64,000 nucleotides of DNA. It comes from Penicillus capitatus. Its lineage: Eukaryota > Plantae > Chlorophyta. The stretch is from contig OZ287695.1 of the NCBI GenBank assembly GCA_965649825.1, positions 682,001 through 746,000 on the forward strand, read 5' to 3'. The position numbers and the translations under genes are program-made. The notes below the pieces were generated by a model. That model worked only from the letters and a program-made list of their open reading frames with translations. It did no database searches and was not told the DNA's origin. Shown piece by piece: positions 45,447-55,552 of this stretch (positions within the stretch are counted from its first letter, which is position 1; every line of letters begins with the position of its first letter).

Positions 45447-48400
45447 CCGCGTTTCATTTAAGAATAGATGGGTCAGGTTTTGTGCACGTTATCGTGCAAG
45501 GCAAGCTACAAGGGCTGACCAGCTAACGATAAACAACTGTGTGATGATGACCCTGCATTGTAATTATTCATTCGTATTGTTGCTACCGCCGTTTTCCTGC
45601 ACTGCGCGTTTCGATCCTAACCGCAACGACATCTACACGAAGGGGGTTCACACGTCGAACGAAAGTCGAAAAGTGGGGTTTCAAGGAAAACCGCGTTCAG
45701 TAACAATGGGTGTGTTTTGTTTCGTCATCGGATTTTTCTTGTGCTTTTGATAAACTCAGGAAGTCATCTGAAACCCAAGCCGGTCTCGGAAAAAGAAACA
45801 GGTTTGCTGTTTGTTTCTTTGGTAATACGCTGCCCCCGTGTTGCTCGACACCGCCGCCATTCCTTGTCACACACACGGCGCACGCGCATGTGCAAAAGCA
45901 ACGTTTGTCTGCACTTATCACTGCTTTTTCGCAGCTTCGCTGGTCAGTCGAGGGCGACATTGCCTCCTTGTGGCCATTGATCAGATTGGAGTTGGCTTTT
46001 TTACGCAAGCGCTACAACGAAGATACAGAGTGTGCACTTTAAAATGATCTGTTTCGCGCTGCCCCAGAACAATCGCGCGTCGGAAATTTGTCCCGTCGAA
46101 ATGCGATCGCATCTTTCGGAACGTCTTCTGCCCACTTACTCTTCTCGAGAAAGGTCGACCTTAGATCAAGGGCGACAAACAAAGAACCGTCAATCGGACA
46201 GAGCACATTGAGTTTGCCAGAGCGCCTCTTGAAGAAGGCTTTCGATAGATACATTGACTGCTACTGCCGAATGAGCATTTACCTCTACTCACTAGCACAT
46301 AAGCATAAAACATTTCTTTGTCAACATGCGGCGCAGGGTAACTGAAATCGTCTATCTCACCACCACGCCATCAAGCATCATGAAGTAGGTAAGCAAGATG
46401 TTTCGGACATAATAATTCTCCTGATCACCGAATAGGTAAAGCCACTGTGAAACGCAGAGGTTCTGTTTAGCAATTCGAAGTCGTAAATTTCCAAGGCGGA
46501 GCGCGATTCGAGAGAACGCCCACCGAACGCGTCATTTCCACTGTAATCCAAGCATCGCTTTTGATTTAGGTGTGTCTGGAAGCTAAACAAAGACCTTACA
46601 CCAAGTTTGCCGAGGGAGTCGTGAGAAAGCACATCGCCCTATTGCTGTACGCGGGAACGATCGAGAATCAGTCGTGTATCGGTTGCACCGCCAAATACAG
46701 CAACATCCAATCGCAAGTTATGTGTTCAAAGCGCCAATTTCATCGCGAAGGAAATGTCCGTGCACCCGTCTTCTTATCTTGCACCTTATACCTACTTACT
46801 TCCCCCATGTCTTATGACTATTGTCATTTAAGCTATATATACACGCTTCGAATCTTGGTTCTGTATCCTAGAAAGTCGCTGGCCACTCCGATTTTGCAAG
46901 TGCAGTAGAGTCGGAAGTGTAGGCGCAAAAGCGCCGGAAAGTCGAGGCGAGGTCGACGGTTAGACGAAAAATGAGAAGTTTTTGTCCGGGTGGTGACCCT
47001 ATCGTCGGCCCCCGAACTTAGCGCGACGCTGTCATTTCCCCGCCGTAACCCATCCAACTCGGCGCGGACTCGCCAGACACAGCCGGGTCAACTCTGATGG
47101 GACGTCCCTCCTCTGTGTCCGGCGCAGGAATCGAACCCCCGCGGTCGTACTTCTCGAACTGGTCCAACTGCACCATCCGCTTCGGGTCGATCCCCACAGT
47201 CGAGAAGGCGCCGATCGCAACATACCCCCGCCGTATACGCCTCCGTAGCTCCGCAGGGGTCCCATCACGACTGCCGACCGCGCAGTTGAGACGACTTCGC
47301 CGACGTCTTTGGCGACTTCCTCCGATTCTCGACTCAAGACGGCGACGACTTCGACGACTAGACACGTAGACGCGTTCTTTGCCTTTGGACTCAGCTTTTC
47401 GGATTCCTCGTCTATCAAAGTTCGACGGCGTACACGAACAAACTCCGCGTCTTTTGTCTCCTGTCGTGAGGGTCGGTGCTGATACATTTCTTTCACATGG
47501 CTTTACGCGTGTTCGACGTTCCGCAGCAAACATGACTTCTTTCGAATTCGTGATACAAGCTTCGTCTTCATAGTTACGTAATGTTCCTCGGAGTGCATCC
47601 AAGCAGCTGCAACAAGTGGAGGGACATGCGCCGATGGAATTGAAAACTTCAAGGAGATTACAACCTTTTTGTTCTTAGACACAGTCTTTTTCTACTTTAT
47701 ACCCTTTCCACATAACCATCTGCAAGAATGGCTATTCTGTCTCTCACATACGGATACAATAAGCGACAAACTTCTGCCAGGGATCTGATCTCGGAAAAAA
47801 TGATTAGTACTCGATGACGTGGTCGCCAAAATTGCAGAAAATCGAAAATAGAAGCCGCAAGTAGCCGGCATCTGGCTGACAGAACGTTTTCAGCCTTTCT
47901 CCACATACTGCCACGGCTGGTCGCCCAAGATGACGCGTGCATTTCACAGCAGAGTCAATGGCTACCAAAATCTCTACTCCACAAGTGGCAAGAGATAGCT
48001 ACCCAAGTACACCTAGAGTCAGCAGATCTATCATATTAAGAATAGCAGTGGAAACTGGATTACCTTGAAGCGCCACAGACGTCGCTGCAGTGATAATGCT
48101 GTCGCCACTCTATTATGGCCTTTTCAACCTCTTGCTGCAGTTGTCGAACAAACGTGAAACTTCGTCTTCGGCTTGTATGAAGCTGCATAGTCCCTTATAG
48201 GGAAGAACTGCACCGAAAGTAGAAGAGAACACGCTTATGTTTGGGACAATGCTTGCTGTCTTGGTTCTGAGGCCGGTACCGTGTGATCTGAATGTACGAC
48301 GAAAATAAAAACAAATTGATTGTATACACACTGTTTGTTCCAACTCAAGGTACAAGCCATCGAATTCTATTTTTGAGTCTCTTGCGGGAACTCTACGTTA

Positions 48401-48786
48401 GACAGGAGAACTAACGCCCTGAAGTATTTGAGTCGGCCGAATAGCGTCCACAGCAACTACCGACACCATGTTGCCTCCATTGTACTCGCTCTAGATGGGT
48501 CATGTCCCACGCCTCTGGGCGATACGATCGGACAATCGGCAATTGTGTGAACGACGATCTACGATACACCTCGAATCTCTATTCTGTGTGCATTCATTTC
48601 TTGAGAGTGCTTTAAGGCGAGGGGGAATGCCAACGGTTAATCCTCTGTGTTCCATCCAGCTCTCTGCCAACCATACAAGCGTCTCTAAGCTGTTCAGAAC
48701 AAATCAGGCTCATTGCGACGGCTCCGCGGGCCGATGCGAGTGTTCTTGCGATCCTATCAGACACACATCTGTTCACACATCCAGAT

Positions 48787-49743
48787 TCAAATTGTGCTCA
48801 CTCTCGTCGGACGGCAGACAGCGATCCACAGAGGCAGCAGCAGAGCAAAGAACCATAGAGCTCCGACGATGGGCAGCGCACGAACTCCGCCCCAAATGAC
48901 CACTCCGATCATCATGAAAAGCGCTGGAATGCTGAGAGGCAGAGCCAAGTGTGGTTCTTCCATCAGCAGACTGAAAGTCGAGGCAGCGATGATGATGAAC
49001 ACAGCGACGCCGCCGCCACCCAAAACAGCAACCCAGTAATTGCACCACCAACCGGAATGCCCCTCGCAACGAACCATTCCTCTCATCTCACAGGACCAAT
49101 CATCACAGAGTGTCTCGTTGGTCGACTGGCATCGGCAGACAACGGACTTGATCTTCTTTTCCGACGAGATCTGACCTTTCCACCACTCGCAGTAATCCTC
49201 TCTGTTGGTACTGTCGCATTGGAAATGCTGCTCTTCGAAGTCGCCGTCATAGTCGAGCTTCACACAGAACCATTCCAAACAGTACTTTGCATTTTCGGTC
49301 TTGCTACACCAGCAGCGTCTCTTTTCCATCCGCGAATCTTCATCACAGGTGCTCTCGGCATCTGCCGAGCAGTTAGATGCCAAACTGTGATTGCATGACC
49401 AGTTGTCAATGGCGTTCGGTTCGGTCCAGCACGCGATGGACTCTTCTCCTCTGTCCGTGCTGTTTCCCATACCCGTCCAGTTGGTACAGCGGTTCGCCGC
49501 GCTGGCATGGCAAATGTAATGTTCTTGGCCTTCGATTTCGGCTTGGGTGTATATGCCGCCGCGGTACTCACCGGAATTTTTATAGTAGCCTGCCCTGCGT
49601 TTCAGCATCGGCACGGAATCCACTTCCGTATCTCCCTTTTCTGTATCGGTTTCGGAATTGAGCTCCGTATCCACGTGTTCCATACAGGCGACGAAGACCC
49701 ACGGCACCAATGCCAAGAGAGGTAGCACAAGGAGCATGCGCAT
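48787..49743 (-). CDS. Cys/Trp-rich membrane protein, member 4
   Basis: Intact 318-aa ORF; LKRRAGYYKNSGEYRGGIY matches LKRQTGYRTESGRYRGGLY of members 1/2; same modules and TM tail. Confidence 0.87.
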   Translation of the reverse strand: MRMLLVLPLLALVPWVFVACMEHVDTELNSETDTEKGDTEVDSVPMLKRRAGYYKNSGEYRGGIYTQAEIEGQEHYICHASAANRCTNWTGMGNSTDRGEESIACWTEPNAIDNWSCNHSLASNCSADAESTCDEDSRMEKRRCWCSKTENAKYCLEWFCVKLDYDGDFEEQHFQCDSTNREDYCEWWKGQISSEKKIKSVVCRCQSTNETLCDDWSCEMRGMVRCEGHSGWWCNYWVAVLGGGGVAVFIIIAASTFSLLMEEPHLALPLSIPALFMMIGVVIWGGVRALPIVGALWFFALLLPLWIAVCRPTRVSTI

Positions 49744-50232
49744 CTTTGACGATACACGGAATCGACTGTGCTACTAGTAGAAGGGCCTGGCAACACAGTG
49801 GCCAATGTCGTTGGAATGCTGTTTCTGATGCTGTCGGTGACGGCGTTTCGTAGGAGGGTTCCGTCTCGACCGGAAGTGACGTAAGCCAGGGTACCATCAA
49901 GCTGTACGTGCGGTGCATCTTGGCCACGTTTGATCGCTCTTCGGAAATCGCAGAGGCGAGGCCGAAGGCGGACTCGGCCGTCAAGTGATTCGGCGGTACG
50001 AGTTCCGACGAGATAACACTCAGGGACATCTCGAGGTAGGAAATTAACAGCTTCCTTAGCAGAATCGTGTACAACGTCACATCCTTTACGGAAGGTTCGA
50101 AATGTTCCACCGTATGCTTGGGGCTTGGGATTGTCGAGAAAAAAGAACCAAGAACAGATGACGCAATGTCAAAAGGTTCTGAAAAGCAAGCGCTGAATCA
50201 AATAGCAAAGAGATTCGCGGTCTGTGATAAGT

Positions 50233-53200
50233 TTATGCAGCGGGCAGTGTCGTCGAAGTCGTCAGCAGTTCCCTCAAATGAGAACGGGTCTGGTCGGAGC
50301 ACTCGGCGTCACGGGCAGTGCAGATCAGATCCAACGGGATCTCGCCGTCATCGTTCTTTTCGGAGACGGACGCGCCGACACCCACAAGAATCTGAACACG
50401 GCAATCTCGAGTGCATCACAGTTAAGAGTGAATGGACCTTTGCGGTCGTCAGATGTCCTTGGCTGGCTGCCATGTGCAGTGCCGTCCACCCCGTTTCCTC
50501 GGCAGCATCAACTTCTGCTCCCTTGTCCACGAGCACCTGAATCGACGGCCTCTCTGTTCAGCGAACACAGAGAGACGCGATGAATCGGCGTACCTTTACG
50601 GCGTCGTCATGTCCGTCGAGCGATGCGTAGTGTAGCGCTGTCCAGCGAAGGAGATTCGTTGCGTCAACCTGGGCGCCGTGAAGAAGCAGATCCTGTGGGG
50701 AAGGCCATGGAAAGAGAAACGCTGAGGGCTGCGCGAAGGTACCTTGACGATTCGGGCGTCCCCCACGAGTGCCGCAAACTGCAGCGGTGTCGTGCCATTT
50801 TCCAATGCGGTGGCCACGGCAGCACCGCCGTCGAGAAGTGCCTGCCGAGCGGACACACATCGAAAGAGCGACGGCGTGGCGACACTCACTTTCACGATGT
50901 CCGTTCGATCGATATATGTCGCCAAGAACAGCGCCGTGTAGCCATTTGCATCTGCGGCGTCGACATCGGCATCGTTGTCGAGCAATACCTGTCACGAGCC
51001 AAGCAAGAAAGACAGCGTGGTCAATCGATGGCTCACCTGAACGGTCTCCAGGTGTCCCTGAACCGATGCCAGCATCAAGGGCGTCCATTGATCGCGTGAC
51101 CATTCATTAACGTCGGATCCATGCGCAATGAGAATCTGCATGCTGCCCCTTTCGGCAGGCAACGTATAAAGAAGATCAGAGGCATACCTGTACAATGTCG
51201 TCGTGTCCACGTTTCGATCCTTCGTGCAATGCCGTCCAGCCGTTGCTCTTGGGAATTCCGGTGTCCGCGCCGCTATCGAGCAGAAACTGGACATGACTCG
51301 GCAGCTGTCTCGCCTGTCCAGAGATGGCTAACGCACTTGCACGACCTCTATGTCGCCGGTGGATACGGATCGATACAAGGGAGTCTCTCCTTCCTCGTTG
51401 ACAACGTTCAGCTTGGCCATCCGCGAAACGAGGATCTGCAGAAACTCAGCAGTGGATGCAAGAACTCAGAGTCCTTGTTTATACTTTTGTCATCTTGAGA
51501 TGGCCTTCGCCGACAGCCTGATGCAAAGGGGTGTCGCCATTTCTGTCGACGGCATTGATATCTGCTCCCTCGTCCACAAGAACCTTCAAGGGAAGGCAAA
51601 GAACAATGAGATACATGCATGGTCCGAATGACAATGACCTCAGCGCATTGCACAGATCCGATCGCAGTGGCCAAGTGCAACAAGGTCGCGCCCTCGGACA
51701 GATCTGGGATTCCCTCTTCAACGGCATGAAAGCATTTGGAATCAGGCTCGAGACCCGATCGCAACACGGCTCTGGCCACTTGGCCATCGTCTTGTTTCAC
51801 TGCTTTCACCATTCTCTGGAGGAATGGCATCAGATGACATAGCTCTTGAGTGACGACCTCACCAGACAGAGCTGCTCAGGAGAAAAGCCATCCAGCGCTT
51901 TGGCCATTATCTCAACCTCCTTGCTACCGTGTATCTCCTCCGTCAAATCCAGCGGCTCATCTTCCTAAACGAAACAGAAATCGCGTTGCGCGATGATCTG
52001 TGTTTGAGTCTGCAGCGACGACGCAGAACGTGTCTTAAAGACAAAAGATTCCAGAAGGGCAAAGAGAGCCGGAAAACGTGGACGGGCAGATAACAGCGTA
52101 GAGATTGCGTGAGGAAACGACAGCAAACCTCGAGTGCTTTGTCGTCGATGGTGTCGGCGATCCATTGCGAAGCATATCGGACACTGGTGTAGATTCCCGA
52201 TCCTTTGCCGTTTCCTGAAGACGCATTTCTCTCTGTGAAGCCGACTGGAGAGATCCCGATGATCAGGTCCTCGGCCGGATCTCCCCTCGCCAAGTCTCCC
52301 TTCGGTCGATTTGCGAGCAGAAGCAGAGCACCGGGCTTGACCGAAACTACACAAACGAGGTATACAGGAGTCCATGCAGAACAGGAGTCCGCTGCAATCT
52401 ACCGCTGCATTCTTCCTTGCAGCAACTGCGTACGCATACCAGGCTGTCTACTGGACCCAAAAACGCTGACGACGGGCTGCATTCTTCGCTGTCACATAGA
52501 GTGGTCGAATGGACGGTACGCCATTTGCTGAGGGAACCCTTCCGTTTTGTGGCCTCCCAATCGACAGAGGACAATCGCATGTCCGTTCTGAGAGGCATTC
52601 CTTCTCGAAGAAACCTCGGCAATGGCACCTTGGCTTTCTTATCTATCCTCAATACAGCTAGATCATGACCGTCGGCAGCATTCCCGGTCCAATCCACGTG
52701 CATCCGCGTTTCCACAACGTGAAATGTCTGTGAGACGAAAGGCGCATGACGCTGTTGTTGTTCGCCTTATTGAACGAGGCTCGCCTTCTCCGAAGACATC
52801 CCATCGGATGGGGGTAGTCCGCAGTAGACGAGAGGATAGAAGCCGACTGATTTCGGATAATCAGGGTCAACACAATGTGCCGGGGCTAGCATCCATCTTT
52901 GGCGAATGAGCACAGCAGTGCACATGTGCTTTCGGTTTCCTGCCCTTCTCAGACTGCACAAGTAAGGAAAACGCCGGGCATCGACTTTTTCGGCTCCTCG
53001 ATGCGAGCGACCATTTGCATAGCGGCTGCTATTTGGCATACGCCATTGCGATAAACCTGTCACTTCTTCTTCAACGGCACGCGGAAGAAAAACGCTTCGC
53101 AGTTCACCGTCTGCACAAGGGCAAACAACATTCGAAGGGAGAAGTAGGTTCCGTACGCGCGGTACTTGAACGACAGCGCGATGAATGTGGTGAGAAGAGC

Positions 53201-53238
53201 AATAGGAACAGCGACAGAAGTTCAAATCTCAGCTTCAT
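50233..53238 (-). CDS. Protease-like (catalytic Ser absent)-ankyrin repeat fusion, member C
   Basis: Signal peptide MKLRFELLSLFLLLFS; APAHC and HDLAVL are kept, but at the conserved phase-1 intron GDSGGP becomes VSVKPGA. Eight consecutive 99-nt ankyrin exons; C-cap PLDLICTARDAEC...LL. Confidence 0.82.
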
Positions 53239-53893
53239 GTTGACAACAGACAGAGCAGCACAGTCGGTCAGATGAACGCGTAAACCCGCGTGCAATCGGC
53301 AGGCGCTGTCGACGTCGGAGCGTAGTGCTGCTCGTCGACGAACGCGGCAGCCAGAGTACAAACCGTCTAACTGTTAACCTTCGAACCAGTCTCTCTTCAC
53401 TGTCTCAAGGCATCATGCGTGAAGGCAGAGGCAAGAAAAGTTCAGCAGGAGAGAGACTCTGGAGATTGACATTGAGGGTATGGTGTCATGCACAGATGAC
53501 CATCAGTTTTTTCCTTTGATTTACAAAGATTGTTTATCCGTTCCTCCTCAATGAGACACTTGTTGCTTTTGTTTGTAAAGGAAAGGAGAGCATCGCTCAA
53601 GAAAGAAAACTGGTCCACGCTCTGTCAGCTCTTTCGAGGAAGATTCGGAGTGTTCTGCAACAGCCATTCTTTCAAAGGCAGATAGATGATCAGTAAGAGG
53701 CCGGCTACCCACTATCGCATCTCTTGCCGCTGTCGATTCGCTCGAGTCAAAAGACGTACGTCTCTGTATACGGTTTTCGAAGTACGATTCGAGTTTTTGC
53801 TGTTGGACGGCTGAGACAGAAGGTTCACGTTCTGCTGCTCTTTTGTAACCAAAAGACGAACAAGCGAGCGTCGAAAGCTCTCCGTGGAAGACA

Positions 53894-55552
53894 ATGAAGA
53901 TTCTTGTCTCTATCCTTCTTTTTATTTTAGCCGGAGATTTCTCCGTCCTCTGCACTCGCCGTAAGGCATCGACCGGCGCCGCCACACGGCCGAACACGCA
54001 TTCTCTGCTTGGTCAGGTCATGATGACTGGAACACCCTCGGTCGACGCGCGAACCCTTCCCAGTTGACGACGACGCACCATTCAGATTCGCCCGTGTTCA
54101 ACCGAAAGGTAACCAAGAGGCTGCCCGCACAATCTCTGCTTACCTCTGCTGGCGAGTGCAGAGTATTACAAGCGAAGAGAGAAGGGAACAGCTGTCCGTG
54201 ACGGAGTCGGTCGAGTACGGAGAACTCACGGACGAAGCACGCATCCTGGTGTACCCTCGCACATCGTCTGTGTCGATATGCGCCCTGCTATTTAGGAAGC
54301 GGTCTCCGCCATCGAGCGAGACGACGCAACGAGCCTCGCTGCGTTGATTCGTGCAGGTCTGGATGTCAATGCGACGCACTCAGAGCCGGAAGGGTATGAC
54401 TACTCTCCCGACGAGATTCCATCGCTGCTGCACTGGGCGTTGGGCTTCGAGGCCATTGAATGCGTCAAGGCACGTCCATTCCTTTGTTGTTTCTCCCGAC
54501 TCAGAAACTGTCTCTGGGTCGAAGGTCCTCACGAGTGAAGGAGCGGACGTCGATTCCACAACTATGTGTTCGTTCACACCGCTTCACGATTCCGTCCTGA
54601 TCGATTCGAAGGAGATAGCACAGGTTCGTCCTTGGAACATACATCTCTCTACATATGACACTACCCGTTACTGCACGAACCGCACGCGACAAGTGTGACC
54701 TTGCGACCGGAGTTCGTCCTCCTTCGCGTTCCGATACGAGACGGATCGCGCATGTGGATTTCCTTGGACGCAGTCACCAGTTCCCCAACGGGATCTTGGT
54801 CCCTTGACGCAGCTGCTCGTGGATGTGTTCAGGTTCTCTTTATGGCCGGCGCCAACATGGATGCGAAGGACTACTTGGACAGGACGCCTTTGCATCAGGC
54901 AGCCCATTACGGGTACAGCGACATGACAGAGGTCTTGTCCTTCTTCTCTTGCACTCAATCATCTGTATGTAGCAGTTTCTCATCGAACGGGGCGCTAACA
55001 TAAGTGCGATAGACGACAGAGGACGTACGCCTCTGTTCCTCGCGGCGGTTTACGGGAACCCTGACGTTGTGGAGGTCAGACGAAACCACTCGCGCTCTGT
55101 TGAAGTCGTCGCCTCGTAGGTTCTCATCGGGAGAGGGGCAGACGTCAACGTCAGCGACACACAAGGCTGGACGCCACTGCACTACACAGCACTCTACAAC
55201 GACGTTGACACGGTTCGGGTAAGATCGCCGGCAAATAGGCGTCCGTAACGTGCGGTCGGCCAGGTCCTTCTCGATTCCGGCGCAGACGTTGGTACCAAGG
55301 ATTACGCCTCGGAGCAGACGCCACTGCATATTGCGTCGGCAGGAGGTTGCCTCGAAGTCGCACAGGCAAGACGCATGCGACGCGCGCGATCCTGCGATCG
55401 CGTTTTTGTAGATTCTAGTGGAAGCCGGTGCATCGAAGACCATCACGGATCGTTTTGCCAATACACCAGGCTACTACGTTTGCTCTTCCGCATTCTTTCT
55501 CAAATGCAGTGTCGCAACTCGCGCCGCTCTTGTCGAACTGCTGACTCCTTAA
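53894..55552 (+). CDS. Predicted secreted ankyrin-repeat protein without protease domain, member D
   Basis: MKILVSILLFILAGDFSVLC signal exon, pro-exon, linker exon (GELTDEARIL|EAVSAIERDD), ankyrin exons, C-cap YVCSSAFFLKC...LLTP*; in frame when spliced. Confidence 0.8.

Noticed and set aside
47115-47185. tRNA or tRNA-derived SINE (A-box-like TGGTGCAGTTGG and B-box GGTTCGATTCC on the minus strand)
   Set aside because: Box spacing is too short, the acceptor stem does not pair and the T-stem is mismatched.
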